Shown here piece after piece: positions 13,239 through 28,210 of a DNA stretch of 64,000 nucleotides. Numbering within the stretch: the stretch's first letter is position 1; the number at the start of each line of letters is the position of its first letter. Made by a program: the position numbers and the translations under genes. The notes under the pieces are model-generated. The model had not been told where the DNA came from. It saw only the letters and a program-made list of their open reading frames with translations, and did no database searches. The DNA is from Elsinoe ampelina (Eukaryota): the NCBI GenBank assembly GCA_010093995.1, contig ML992513.1:307203-371202 (forward strand), in the 5' to 3' direction.

Positions 13239-13609
13239 CCAGCCTGAAATGTACGCGTCCTGAATGCCTCGACTAGGTGGTGTCCTAGATAGTCTACCGT
13301 TATTGAGAAGTTGGCAAGGCGACTTGGCTAGTCATGAGACAGTTTCATGCCATCCTCTGGGACATCAGGTAGCGCGACTGTGCTCGATGAGGTCGGCGAC
13401 AGGCTCTAATAGAAGTGCATAAATTTGCAGAGAGAAATGTACAGCGGTGTCGGGCAAAAGTCATGCCAAGGCCGATGATCCTGACGTCGCATAGAAACTT
13501 TTCGTTCAGAGCTTCATTTTTGCTCGATTTACGGCCAGCGAGGCATCTCAATCAAAGACCGCAAGGACAAATCAACGCGCACTCCATCTCGCTTCTCTTC
13601 ACACCCGAA

Positions 13610-14326
13610 ATGTCGATCTGGGACTCTATCACTGGGCGCAAGACCCAATCAAGCCCAGCTCCATCAGATGATCTCCACGACTCAGCTCCAACCACCGTCA
13701 TCCAAAATCCATACAGCACACAAGAGGCGCCGAATGTATCGTCCTTCCTGAACAGCTCAGATGCCTTTGATCCATCTTCGTTACATCCTCTCGCCGGCTT
13801 GAACCAAGACACACTCGACTACCTCCAGCTTGATGACTCTGTACTGACCGATTTGCCGGGAGCGAGATCTGCCCTACCATCGAGAGGCTGGTCGGACGAT
13901 TTATGTTATGGAACCGGTGTCACCTATCTCACAGGCCTGACGGTTGGAGGAGCCTGGGGACTTGCCGAAGGACTCAACAGACTGCCACCGTCTTCTCCAC
14001 CAAAGCTCCGGCTCAACTCTGCTCTCAACGCGATCACTCGGCGAGGACCCTTCTTGGGCAACTCTGCAGGCGTTTTAGCTATGGTATACAACGGTTTCAA
14101 CTCCACAATAGGCTACTACAGGGGGAAGCACGACTCTATGAACAGCATCACCGCTGGAGCGCTGAGTGGAGCGCTGTTCAAGAGCACGAAGGGCCCGAGA
14201 CAAATGATGATCTCGAGTGGACTTGTAGCCACCGCAGCAGGAGCATGGGCAGTGAGTATACCGCTTTCCTATCAGGCGATTTGAATATGCTGATCTTTCC
14301 AGTTCACACGCAAGCTCCTTTTTTGA
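13610..14326 (+). CDS. TIM23: Mitochondrial inner membrane translocase subunit Tim23
   Basis: MSIWDSITGRK...LHPLAGL...LPSRGWSDDLCYGTG...LNAITRRGPFLGNSAG. Intron 14252-14302; last exon FTRKLLF*. Confidence 0.96.
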
Positions 14327-14742
14327 ACTCTAATCGAATCATTCAACTTCATGTACTTTACGCATCGGCTCGAGGTTAAGAGCTAGGTTTTGGTGACAAT
14401 AGAGGAATTTGCATAGCATGGCGCGAGTACGGGCAGGAACGACTTCGATATACTCCACTCTAGACAAACATCTGCGGCACGCACCTTCCTGCTGGCTTGT
14501 AGGACTCGCTTGCTCCCGGGCAGCATACAAACTTTACCGCGCAGAGAAGTACATGTTACAAACTCTCTGATTGATTGTCAAGCACTTTAGCGGAATGTAT
14601 TCATAGCATCCTTAAGGCCGTTCTTTCTGTCCTTTTCTGCAATTCCAGCATACGTGAACTGCGCGATATTTTCTGGACAAAACTCTGACATTGGAGCACT
14701 AATTAGCACCGCAGCTCCTGCACTGACATGTGACAGGTCCAC

Positions 14743-16617
14743 ATGGATCACTTCGACAGCACTCCTGCTTTTCACATCCGCCATGGTCGACCACTTCTCA
14801 CTTCACGCCGGACGAATATGACAAGGACTTCGCCCTCTGTCAGCGAAGATCAGTTCGCAACAGCACAGTCTTCGGAGACTATTGCAAGTAATGAGAGACA
14901 TGTTCGAGGTCAGGAACCAGAAGCCTCGTCGTCGACTAGCAGGAACTTGCCGCCTCCGCAGACGCCACCTTCACACGCTGCGGATCGCCAGGTAAAAAGC
15001 GGCAACCCACAAACCCTGCATCAATCGCCATCCCGACCAACTGTGTCCCAGACAGATCAACTGCAATCGACAGTGTTAGAGGCGACAAACGGCAGAGAAG
15101 CTGCTTCACATCTGTCGCCTTTAGGCACCTTGACCTCGCAATTGGTCCCCACCACTGCAACCAGCCCCCAGCGACCAGCAGTCCCCACTCAGCAGGTGCG
15201 GCCTGTCGATCCCGTCACAGCGCTCCCTTTCACTCCGGTCGACCTCGGTCTCCTGACGCTATTATACCGCGGGGACGAAGGATGGTTTCTGCAGTCTTTC
15301 CCTGGTTTTCTGTTTTTCTGCTCGCAGGAACTTGGACAGACGCCAATCCCATCGTTCCATCCTGGATTATCAATCAAGCTCTCATGTCCCGCTCGGAACT
15401 TGGCCGCCACCTTTACGCACTTGTACACAAGATGGGCTGAGTCAAACTCCACAGCCTATCGCACGCTCGTATCCTTGTGCGAGATCCAGAACAACCAAAA
15501 GAACCTTAAATTAGCGCCCATGAAAGCCTTGTTCGAGGGCAGGGAAGCGCTACGAGCTGGGATTGCAATAGGCGAGGTCAAGAAGCGTATGCTGGATATC
15601 ATTCGAGGACCAGAGCCCGTGGCCGATGAAAACACCCAGACGAAATGGCAAGCGGCGTGTCTCGATGGCCATCCGAGGATCGAGGACGTCTGGACTTACG
15701 CCCTTCCTATACCATGGCGCAACGGAGAGGGTAACAAGAATGATCGCCAAGTCGTGGTGCCGAATCAATGGAACGAGAACAAGCTCGCGCCCTTCCTACA
15801 TGCTTGTCGATATCTCCGCCCGCTATTGGTCAACTCCGAACACATCACCGCTGAGGTTCTACCGGAGAGCATCCGCCATACCAACAAGCAGCGATACGCC
15901 TCGTTTCTACTGCAGGTGAAGCTACACGCGAGATTCGTCACTCAAAGTAACCTCGAACTCTTTCGCGAGATTCACCAGCCTCGCCCCCAAAATTTCATCC
16001 CACTTGTCAAAGGCCGACCAGTTTATAAGACTGGAGCGGATGCCCTACTCTCACCTGCCGGTGGATCCTCGAAACCGGCCTCTCAGCAGGTCACTGATGG
16101 TAGCATTGGCGACGACCTCAATGTCCGGAAGCGCAAGACGGTACATGATGGCATGGTGGAGCACTATGAGGACAAATTCCCGAAGCGAAGCAAACCCAGC
16201 CGGCGCATGTCAAGCCCGAACAGACCGACGCATTCGCAACTCGCCACACCACCGATATATCATCGAAGTGGTCGCTCGTCACACCGCCCAAAGGTGACAA
16301 TGGCGGAGGGCGACGGTGGCTCGGATCACTCGGCGCTTACGATCAGACCCCGACCTACCGTTGACGATTTCTTGCGCGAACAGGAGGATTCTGCATGGTT
16401 CTCCCCCTCAGGTATGACCCCGGAAGAGCTGGAAGACAGGATTGAAGCAACGGCAATCGCTAGTCATCATCAGTCCGAGCTAGACATGGTCTATTTCGCA
16501 CAACATTCTGCGGTGAGATGGAGGACTGGAAATGCCAGTTACCTTCCGCGAGCAGACGAACGTGTACTGTACAATCCGGAAGAGTACGAGCCTCGTGGTG
16601 AGCAGGGAGAAGGCTAG
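14743..16617 (+). CDS. Hypothetical protein (~600 aa): disordered S/T/P/Q-rich ends, central globular region, basic NLS-like patches
   Basis: Uninterrupted 624-codon ORF with a protein-like core (WFLQSFPGFLFFC...WTYALPIPW...FLHACRYLRP). Start may be 14743 or 14818. No family recognised. Confidence 0.75.
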   Translation: MDHFDSTPAFHIRHGRPLLTSRRTNMTRTSPSVSEDQFATAQSSETIASNERHVRGQEPEASSSTSRNLPPPQTPPSHAADRQVKSGNPQTLHQSPSRPTVSQTDQLQSTVLEATNGREAASHLSPLGTLTSQLVPTTATSPQRPAVPTQQVRPVDPVTALPFTPVDLGLLTLLYRGDEGWFLQSFPGFLFFCSQELGQTPIPSFHPGLSIKLSCPARNLAATFTHLYTRWAESNSTAYRTLVSLCEIQNNQKNLKLAPMKALFEGREALRAGIAIGEVKKRMLDIIRGPEPVADENTQTKWQAACLDGHPRIEDVWTYALPIPWRNGEGNKNDRQVVVPNQWNENKLAPFLHACRYLRPLLVNSEHITAEVLPESIRHTNKQRYASFLLQVKLHARFVTQSNLELFREIHQPRPQNFIPLVKGRPVYKTGADALLSPAGGSSKPASQQVTDGSIGDDLNVRKRKTVHDGMVEHYEDKFPKRSKPSRRMSSPNRPTHSQLATPPIYHRSGRSSHRPKVTMAEGDGGSDHSALTIRPRPTVDDFLREQEDSAWFSPSGMTPEELEDRIEATAIASHHQSELDMVYFAQHSAVRWRTGNASYLPRADERVLYNPEEYEPRGEQGEG

Positions 16618-17230
16618 AGGCTCAAGCCTCAAAAAGGTGCAGGCATGTGGAAATATTGATCGACCGAGAGATATTCGCATTGTGGAGGAGGCTACTAGGA
16701 AGTGGTCCGCGGGCGTAATTTGCATGCCTGTCGTGGTCTCAGGAGTGGCACTTCTACCGATCTGGTTGTATACCATTTTCTTACTTTGATACACCACATC
16801 CCTCCCAGGATCGTAGATGGGAACAGCACTTTCTTAATAGTAATCACTTGACGCATGCCCTTCTCTGCCTTTTCTGAAATTCGTCCCGGTTGTTCTTGAC
16901 GTGGTGTGAAGTGTCCGATCGCCATCTTTCCAGCTTGACATGTGCTTGGTCAAAACTTCACAAACCTCACCTCAACCCCAGCCCCCCTGACGACACTAAT
17001 ACACGACAATAGGACTCATACGACCTAAGCCACCGCTATGACTTCTTCGTGCAGAGTATATGGGTCAAGGTGTTTTCCTCTCTTCCCCTTTCCTTTCCTC
17101 CTCCTTCCTCTCTCTCTTTCCTGCGCAGCAAGACCTGCAGTAATCCCTCACACCACAACCAGCTATCATATCCTCAAGACGCTCCTCCTCATCGCTACGC
17201 AATCCCGACGTCCTTCTCAAAGCGTACAAG

Positions 17231-18292
17231 ATGCCTCTCATCACCAACCCCCAACAGCTTAGTCTGTCCGACATTGTCATCTCCCAAATCACCCACCCAG
17301 CCGACCGTCAAAGCATCAAGACCCTCGTCCGCCTCACCTGTCTCAGCCAAGCAGACATCTCCGAACTGCTCCTCCGCACTATGCTCCTCATGCAAGAAAC
17401 CAACCAGCTCACCAACTTCCCCTCCACCTTCCCAGACACGATGGCCAAAGACATGTTCAACACCCTCGCCATCGCCACCCCCTTCGACCCAAGCACGACC
17501 GGCACCGCATCCCTTCCCACTCCCAACATCAAACCCGACCCAACCTTCGACTTCAACCCCATCCCCATCAAATCCGACCCGACCACACCAACCTTCGATC
17601 CAGACTTCCCCTTCCCCTCCACAACCGTCAACAACACCAGCATCAAGCAAGAAGACGCCACGTCCCCGCTCACCAACCCCTCCACCCTCCCAACCATCAA
17701 CCCTTCGTCCCATCAGGAAAACATCACAAACCTCTCCCTCCTCCTCTCCTCTTCCCCCCACCTCGTCGCGAGGGGGGAGTTCTTCCTCGCCCTCCTCGGC
17801 TCCAAGCTGGGCGTCGGTCCTCGTCCGGCTCCCTTGTCCGGGTTGCGAGGGGAGGGGTTGGGGGATATGTTCGCTGAGGAGGAGGTGGTGGTGGGGCAGC
17901 TCCGGGGGGTCGTGCAGGGGTTGGGGNNNNNNNNNNNNNNNNNNNNNNNNNNNNNNNNNNNNNNNNNNNNNNNNNNNNNNNNNNNNNNNNNNNNNNNNNN
18001 NNNNNNNNNNNNNNNNNNNNNNNNNNNNNNNNAAGGGGAGGGGTGGGATGGGGGGATGGCAGGGGGTAACGGGCTGGGCCTGGCGGGGGCTCACGGGGTG
18101 GAGACGGGGATGGGCATGGGTGGTTGGGGCGGGCTGGATCCCATGGGTGGGCCAGCGGTGGGGTGGGGGGCGGGGATGAGATACGGGTTGGGAGAGGGAT
18201 GGATGTGTGCGCCTGACGCATCAAGTGAGCAGGTATGGGGTGGTGGAGAGGGGGGTATGGCGAGGATCACCTTTGGGGCAGCGCAGTATTAG
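17231..18292 (+). CDS. Hypothetical protein spanning an assembly gap
   Basis: Protein-like N-terminus MPLITNPQQLSLSDIVISQ... followed by P/T/D-rich and Gly/Met-rich parts. The N-run at 17927-18032 makes the frame uncertain. Confidence 0.45.
   Translation: MPLITNPQQLSLSDIVISQITHPADRQSIKTLVRLTCLSQADISELLLRTMLLMQETNQLTNFPSTFPDTMAKDMFNTLAIATPFDPSTTGTASLPTPNIKPDPTFDFNPIPIKSDPTTPTFDPDFPFPSTTVNNTSIKQEDATSPLTNPSTLPTINPSSHQENITNLSLLLSSSPHLVARGEFFLALLGSKLGVGPRPAPLSGLRGEGLGDMFAEEEVVVGQLRGVVQGLGXXXXXXXXXXXXXXXXXXXXXXXXXXXXXXXXXXXXGEGWDGGMAGGNGLGLAGAHGVETGMGMGGWGGLDPMGGPAVGWGAGMRYGLGEGWMCAPDASSEQVWGGGEGGMARITFGAAQY
17927..18032. other. Assembly gap (N run) inside a G-run-rich tract
   Basis: Run of N flanked by poly-G-rich sequence. 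Confidence 0.99.
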
Positions 18293-18310
18293 GCGGAGGG
18301 ACTTATGAAA

Positions 18311-21087
18311 TTACGAATCTAGATCGCCTCTCATTTCTGACATTAGCGCCTTCAACCTTTGCGTGCTCATTCGTTCGAAGCGGTCGACTTTCATCGTGAA
18401 TGTGCCTCGTCCTTTGGTCAGACTTCGCAGGTGCTTGAGGTAGCCGACCATTTCCTTTAGAGGCACGCGGGCGATGATTTGTCGCATGAGACCTGCGCCT
18501 TCGACGCCTTCGATGCCAGATGCACCACCGAATGGGTCGGGTGGAGCGTAGATTCGTGCTGCATCGATGACTGGTCGGTCTTCTCCTTCGGTGGTGGTAT
18601 GGGCAGACTCTGCATCGGCATCGAGTGATACGATATGCCCGCCGCGAGCAGAGGAGATGTCGTGGACGACAGCGCCGAGTGATGGCTCATCCACTGAGAT
18701 GGTGGCGAACATGACTGGCTCCATGAGTGTCGGTGATGTGGAGGCTTGTGCTGCAGACTTCAATGCCTTTGTGGTGGCGAGACGTGCGGCTGCAGACAGA
18801 GCTGAAGTGGTCGTGTTGGAGAAAAGATGAGAGGCGACATCGAAAGTGAGATGTACTGCCGTCGAATGCAGCGGGTATGAGAACGAGGGGCCACGGGATA
18901 GGGCAGCTGAGACACCAGCTTGTAGAGATGAGCGTAGAGCTGTGATGGATATAGAATCGGGCAGTGAGGGACCATCGTCTTCAATTGAAGACCCATCAGA
19001 TGTCAGCCCAGGTGTAGATATTGTTAGGACATTCTCGTCGGCGAGATCGATTGACCAAGCAGTTGCAGGGATATCGGCATCTTCTCTTGGACCAATACTG
19101 GCAGAACATCCAGCTTTAGCTGCCTTCCCAGCGATGTCTCGGTCGAAGATGCTTTCCTCCATGCCAGACGCCGTGGTAATTGCCTCACGATAGCCTATAC
19201 GAATGCTTCCCATGCGTGCTTTGGCTTTGAAATCGTTGATCAGTCTGTCTCTAGCGATTTCAAGATGCAATTCACCCATCCCAGATAGATGAGTTTGGCC
19301 ACTGTCAGGATCTTGTGAGACATTGAGACTTGGGTCTTCTCGCAGAAGCAGAGCGAGTTGCTCATGTAGATTTCTCTCCTCGGCCAAGCTGTTCGGCTCT
19401 ACACTGGTGAAGAAAACTGGTGGTGGCACAGCGATTGGCCGCAATTGAAGACTGTCCAACGGTGCTGGCGGGCCATTCTTGGGGTTTGAGCCTGTGTAAG
19501 AAATGAGGGTATCTCCAGTCCGAGCAAATTTTAGGCCAGGTATGACACCGATCTGTCCAGCTTGAATGGAGTCTTGATCCACGGCGTCGTTGGCGTACAT
19601 GCGAAGCAGTCTCTGAGCTCGTTCTGTGGATCCGAGGCTGGTGTTGAACAGCTGCGCGTTCCTGCCGATTGTGCCAGAGTAGACTCGGACATACACCAGG
19701 ACGCCTCTTTTTGAATCGTTGACGACTTTGAAGGCCAAAGCGCATGTCTCGAGTTTCGCCAGGCTGAGTGAAGGCTTTCCCTGAAGTGCTTTGCCTTTAT
19801 TTGTTTTAGTCTGCTCGGTCTGGGCAAGATTGGTCTTCCCGTCAAGTAGAGCGTGCAAGCCTGTCTGTATGCCTCCAAGCCTCGCTTCAGGATCCGGACG
19901 CTGCTCCGGCGCAGGTAGCATGTCTACTACAGCATCTAGTAGAGATTGGACACCGATGTTGCGGAAGCTGGCACCAGCGAGTAGAGGTGCCACCAGCTGG
20001 GAGCTTTGAGAAGTGAGCTTTCTCAGACTCCAGACAATGTCTACTTCAGCAATCGCCAAATGGTCTTCGTCGCATTCCAGGAATTTCTCTACCATGTCAT
20101 CGTCATGCTCGCTGAGCAGCTCCACCAATGCGATTCTTGCTTTGCGAATCTCATGCGCAAATTCAGCATGCTGAGCATCCAAGCGTGAGAGATCATAGAC
20201 CTCCATGGATTTTCCATCGCCGCCTTCGGGGTACAAGAGGCCTCGTAGTCCAAGGACATCTCCAACACCTTGCAGTCTGCCATCTGCATCTCGCCACCAG
20301 GGGATTTGGCAGACAGCAGGCCATACACCAAGTCGAGTACCGACCTCTCGAACTGTCCTCGCAAATGCCGCCCCATCTCTATCAAGCTTGTTGACAAAGA
20401 CTAGACGCGGGATCTGATAATGACTCGCTTGCTTCCACACCTGCTCAGTCTGAGCTTCCACGCCTGCTACACCGTCCAAGATGCAGACTGCTCCGTCCAG
20501 AATTCGTAGTGATCGAAGCACTTCGAACGTGAAGTCGGCATGTCCCGGAGTATCGATCAGGTTGATATTGTGAGGCTGAGTAGATAATCGCGCCGTCTTT
20601 GATGCTGCATTCTCGGCGCTGCTTGTGTCCGCCGGCGGCCATGAGAAGGTCACTGCTGCGGACTGAATGGTGATTCCTCGCGCTCTCTCAGCAGGCAAAA
20701 AGTCCGTCACCGTTGAGCCATCGTCCACATCTGTGAGAATAAGTCAGATCTTCCGTCTATCGTTTGCATGCATGTTTTCTGGTTTCCAAGGACGAGAGGC
20801 GAAAGTAAATGATGAGACCCACCTCCAAGTCTTCTAGTAAAGCCACTGTAGTAGAGCATACGCTCTGTCGTAGTTGTTTTACCCTACCATACTCAGCACT
20901 TGATACTTGCCTGGCAAAAGCTTGAACTCACGGCATCGATGTGAGCAATGATCCCGATGTTTCGGGTCTTGCTTGGAAGTGTGGATGCATGTCTACGACC
21001 TACGTAGTGACCAGGGAGATGCCTACGTAACACAGATCCTGATGTTGGGATAGACGACTGCAGTCGGGCAGTCCATCGTATGATCAT
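18311..21087 (-). CDS. MEF2: Mitochondrial ribosome-releasing factor 2 (EF-G2)
   Basis: Presequence [10 protein letters not shown]..., [57 protein letters not shown] and [11 protein letters not shown]. Three short 5' introns. Confidence 0.95.
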
Positions 21088-21407
21088 CACACGGTTAATG
21101 CTGGATTTGTGATGTAGCAAGGAAAGCGCAAGACTCTGAGGCTCCCACCTGCACATTGCTGCTGTCCAAGCACGGACCACATTTCTGGTGGGCAGCTGCA
21201 GGCCATCATCATCCATCATCCATCGTCCATCGCCGACCACACCGCGACACTTCCACCTGCAATTGCATCCTGCGCCAACCTTATTTCGTCTGGAGCCATG
21301 TCTGAACTATGAGCGCCAGCTCCTCCAAATCGCCCGTTCAAGTCCCGAGATTTCAGAGACGAATATCTGAGCGGGCCTATTCCGAGGGATCATTCAAACC
21401 AGGCGGC

Positions 21408-23282
21408 ATGGACTACTCCAGCTTACCACACGACCCGGAGCATCCAGAAGGTAGCTCACCATGGGCGGTATCACCCAAGCAGAGCAGAGATTTCGGGTCG
21501 AGACCTGACCTGTCTGGGTCGGCCAATCCTCAATCACCTTTCGGTCCCAATTCCGCTGAGGCATCAAACTACTCGGAACGTCCTTCGACAAGCGATTCTA
21601 CAGCAGCAATAAGATCGGAGAATGGAGATGGCCCACAATCGCCCTACATCCGCGACTCGCCTGAACAATCTCAGAATATCTCGCAGCAAGGACAACAGCA
21701 GCAATATCAGCAGCAAGGTGGTGACCAGCAACGGCCGCAGCAGGCAGCACGATACCACCCTCGACAACCTCAGAAGCCGCAGCCACAGTACAAGCTACAA
21801 TGCAAGATTACAGCGCTAGAGCGGACAGGCAAGAAGGACCCGATATTGAGATTCGACGCCTATGTAAGCTTTGTCGTGTGCCTGCTCTGGACCTGATCTG
21901 ACTGTCTCTAGACCAATCTGCCCAAGTTCCGCACTACTCAATTCAGAGACATTCGGAGGACGCATCATGAATTCCAGAAGTTTGCCGAACATCTCATCGC
22001 GAGCAATCCAGAGGCAATGGTTCCAGCAATTCCTCCACCAGTGACAGCGGCAGGTGCCGGAACGGACGAGGATGAAGTAAGAGTCAAGACGCTCATGCAG
22101 AGATGGTTGAACGTGGTCTGCAGCAATGATATTCTGATTCGAGACGAAGAGATGGTCTTTTTCATCGAGAGCGACTTTGGATACAGCCCAGTAGTACGGA
22201 GGAAGCAGCCTGCGACGGGTGCTCGAAGGAAGTACATCAAGCAATTTGCACCGCCTCCAGATGATACGCCGGAGCTACTCGAGGCTCGGCCTATCGTAAA
22301 AGCTTTCTACCTTGGTGCCATGGACGCAGGACAGCGACTGGAAAAGGTGGTCAAAGCCAGGAGAGGTATGTCACCTCTATCTTCCCATACCCATCTATAC
22401 TGACCCCCGCCTTCAGCCCTCGGTCTCGCAGAGTCCAGCCTTGGCCAATCCCTCCAACAACTGACCACCACCGAAGGCCATCCCGGCCTCGGCAACGCCT
22501 ACCGCAAGCTCTCTCGCACCATCCAAACCGTAGGCGACTTCCACTCCGCCCAAGGCACCGCCGAAGCCACCACCCTCGGCGACCCCCTCACCTACCACAG
22601 CAGCGACGCCAGCATCGTCAAAGAAACCCTCACCAACCGACACATCCTCCTCCGCGACCTCATAGCCGCTCAACAACACACCCACTCGCGCGAATCCGCC
22701 GCCAACCGCCTCAAATCCTCCTCGAGCGTCAAACGCGACAAAGTCGACGAAGCCATCACCCTCCTCGAAGAAGCGCGCAATCACGAGCAATACCTCGCGG
22801 GCAAAACCCGCGCCGTGACCGCCAACCTCCTCCAGGAAAAACGGCGCTGGTTCGACCGCACCTCGGCCGACATGCGCGTCGCCATCCGCGAGTACGTCCT
22901 CCGCCAAATCGAAGCCGAGCGACGCACCCTCGCCAATCTCGAGCTGGTGCGACCCGACGTGCGCAACGTCGACGCCTCGGGCGGTCTCAGCCGGCTGGGG
23001 CGGGAGAATTTCACCGTGCGCCGGGCGTTGGGGAGCAGTCAGGGGCCGAAAGGGGATGCGTGGTCCGGTGTGCCGAGGAGGCCGGACGGGGTGGCGAGGA
23101 GCATGTCGGGCAGTTTTCTCGGGGAGGAAGGGGACGAAGGGGATGGGGAGGGGGGAGGACAGGCGGGGGCGAGGAAGAGGGCGGCGAGTGGGGCGGGGAG
23201 TTTGCGGAGGTTGGAGGAGGATGATGAGGATAGGGTTGATGCGAGGAATGCGGCGAGTCGGTTGGCGACGACGACTTTTTAG
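21408..23282 (+). CDS. VPS17: Retromer sorting nexin (PX-BAR) Vps17
   Basis: MDYSSL...KITALERTGKKDPILRFD, TNLPKFRTTQFRDIRRTH, FFIESDFGYSP, QFAPPPDDTPEL, ASGGLSRLGRE and C-terminal RVDARNAASRLA. Introns ~21864-21911 and ~22366-22416. Confidence 0.95.
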
Positions 23283-23636
23283 TGGAGGTAGTCTGTCGGT
23301 TGGGGGGCGGGGGTGAGGTGAGTGGTAGGGAGGCAAGGGAGGTGTATATGTTGTGTTGTGGGGGGTAGATATAGCTCCCGAGAGGAAGCTGGGGATTGTC
23401 ATGACTACTGAATCGAATAAAGACAGTTTCCTCACAGGCACATTGAGCGGTACAGCAAAAACGATCTATATTTTTGTTGTGTTCCCCGGTGCTGGTCCCG
23501 GTCCTTCCCAGCCTCCCCACTTACTCACCACCTTCTCTAGTCCATGCCTGATTACATGCCTTCTCCCCTTTCCCTTTTCCTTTCCCCTTCCCCTTCCCTC
23601 TCCCCCTCCCCTCGCCCCCTCCTCCCTATCGTCCGA

Positions 23637-25654
<2,018 letters not shown>

Positions 25655-26637
25655 TCTGTCGATCTGAGGAGAATGAAAGCTAGAATATGCAAGGGGCAGC
25701 TCAGAAACTAGAGGTCGTGCAGCTCGACTTTCTTTCCTTGTGCTCGGGAAAATCTGGGGATGACGAGCGAGGGGTGTGCCCTTGGTTGTCTCAAACGCCG
25801 AATTGGTGATCAAGCTTAGCTCCGATCTAGGACCTGACCAGTGGAAGAGCTCCGATGTGAGATGAAGGGGGACTGATGAGAGTTTGAAGGAGACAGAGCA
25901 GCGAGAATGAAAAACAAAATATGTTTACTCTCGTCCCGTCTTTGCACAAAATAGGAGAAGCACTAGGATGACGCGAGTCGCGGAGTATGCGTGTCTTTCT
26001 CGGTGCAGGAATTGCAGGTTCTTCCTCCTGCAGCTCGCTCCAGGGGCCAGCGAAAAATAGCAAAAAAAATGCTTGCACAGGGACGGGCCAAAGCCGGCAA
26101 TTACTGACGTGCTGCGGGAGCAAACGTCACGCTGCGGGTACATGTCTCTGTTTGGTGACCCCCCCTTTCATCTGGTTGGGCCGGATGAGTTCCAATTGGT
26201 GGTGTGGTCAGCATTTTCGGGAGAGGACGTTAGGACCTGGCGCATGGCAGAGGTCAGTGGCAGTCGTCCGCCCTTGGCGTGGAGATTGGGAGAGCTATTT
26301 GAAGGTGAGGTGAACGATATTCCAGCCAAGACATCAGGGGTGACGTCCATCCTTCATACGTGACCGATGGCATGATAAGTACCAGAATGTCACCATCGAA
26401 GAGGCGGCCTGATATCGTTTTTGATCATCGTGGATTCATTGCTATCCATTCTCTATATACAAGTCTCGTCGAGAGACTGTCTTTTCTTCTATTGCATCTC
26501 GCAATGAAGACCGCCAGCTTTTGTATATCATTCTGCTCTCATGCCGCTGCTCTGCGGTCAACCCAAAATCAACGTCCCTTTCCAAAACGCCATGGCTAAA
26601 ATACGACAAAACCGAAACAATGTCGAAGGTGTGCACT

Positions 26638-27590
26638 CTATGCCTCAGCTTCAATGTTGAGACCATTCTGGATTGCCCGACTCAATTCATCCTGTCGCTT
26701 CTGTTCTTGTTCTTGCAAGAACATGGCATAGCGACTCTTCTTGTTGTGAATACCGCACTCTGACTTGGCGCGACCCTTCCATCGGCCAGCCCGCTCATCT
26801 TCGCTGTCACTTACTGGCTGAGTTGAGTGCCAGTCACCGACAGATCGGTAACCTTGCTGGAGAAGAACATTGGTAGGAACGTCGTTGTTCTTGATGTACT
26901 CCTCAACCTGCTTGAAGTTCCAGTTGGCGAGCGGATTGATCTTCACCATGCCGGTGTCGTCGACTTCGATGATATCCATATCTCCTCGCTTGCCACCTTG
27001 AGACTTGCGGCGGCCGGTAATGACAGCTGCTACTTGCAGCTCAGAGTATGCCCTTTGTCCGGGTTCGACTTTGGCGATGTAGTCGTATAGCTCCTCGTTG
27101 CTTTCCCAAAGCTTTTCGCCGTGCTTAGCAGTAAAGTCTTCGACAGTCTCGCATCCATCTGGCTTGTAGACATGCACAGTGAGGTGAGGGTATCTTCTCT
27201 TTACTCTGTCTACCAGTTCGAGGGTTTCGTTAAAGTGATGGAGCGTGTCGAGGAAGATGAGGTCGATATCGGGCTTGATCGGCCCGTCGAGCTTTGCCAG
27301 CATGTCATTGATGGCTAGTCCAGTCAGACCAAAGGCTGTAGTCTGATACAGTCTTGGTAGCGATGTGATGCACCACTTGAGCACATCTGATGAACATGTC
27401 AGTACTGGTACCTTGCAATAGAATTTGTTGGGCGCTCACCTTGAGGCTCCAATTTTGACAATTGCTGGTTGAGGAACTTGAGATGTGGTCGGGAAAAGTA
27501 CAAGTCTGGAAGACTCGCAGTCGAACTGCCTGATGCATATCCTGACTCTGCATCCCGGTCCGAGGAGTGTGAGTACCTGCGTGGTGCCAT
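26638..27590 (-). CDS. MET16: Phosphoadenosine phosphosulfate (PAPS) reductase
   Basis: MAPRRYS...ESGYAS...LNQQLSKLEPQ, intron ~27389-27439, QTTAFGLTG, FLDTLHHF, TGRRKSQG, GYRSVGDWHST and ERAGRWKG..SECGIH. Confidence 0.96.
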
Positions 27591-28202
27591 TGTGTGTCTC
27601 GTGTCAGGCTTCCCCTCAGTCAAAGCCCCGCGGTGAATTAGAGAGGTGTAGGGCGCCACGTCTTTGCAGCGTGCTTGGTCTAGAGCAATGTTCAAGTCTT
27701 CTCTCTTGCGGTGTAGGAACGAATTGCGGAGGGAGACAGCGAGTTGGATAGTTGAATGTAGGTGACACTTACAATCACGACATAACTCACCATTCGCGAT
27801 CGGAGCCCGCCCGCACGCTTTGAAATCACCACACGTCAATTTTTGTCGTTCGCATTGATGAGAAAATCGAGTCTCGAAAGCACGCAATGCACGCTAGTCC
27901 GACAATGGAAAGGCGGGCAACCTACGGTAGACGACAACGGGCGCCCATCACGGCCAGATCCAATCATGACTCTGTCATGCCCGACGGCTCTGAACTTCAT
28001 CTGCCACGATCCGATGGAACGACATGCGGATGCTGCAGCTGTAGGTACAATGATGTTCGAGGGGCAGACCAAGGGACGCTGTCCTCGAGCTGCAGAGAGA
28101 GCGACTTCTGCGTTCCTGCATGTCCGGGGGTCTGGAGATCTGGAAACCTCTGCCACCGAGCATAACCGGATTAAGGTTGGGCGATCCCTTTGACAACTCC
28201 GG

Positions 28203-28210
28203 TGACGTCA
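28203..28210. promoter_or_regulatory. Palindromic TGACGTCA bZIP (CRE-like) site ~610 bp upstream of MET16
   Basis: Perfect palindrome. Related half sites at 27831-27840, 26341, 26105 and 26124 lie upstream of MET16 and MET3. Function is inferred only. Confidence 0.35.
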
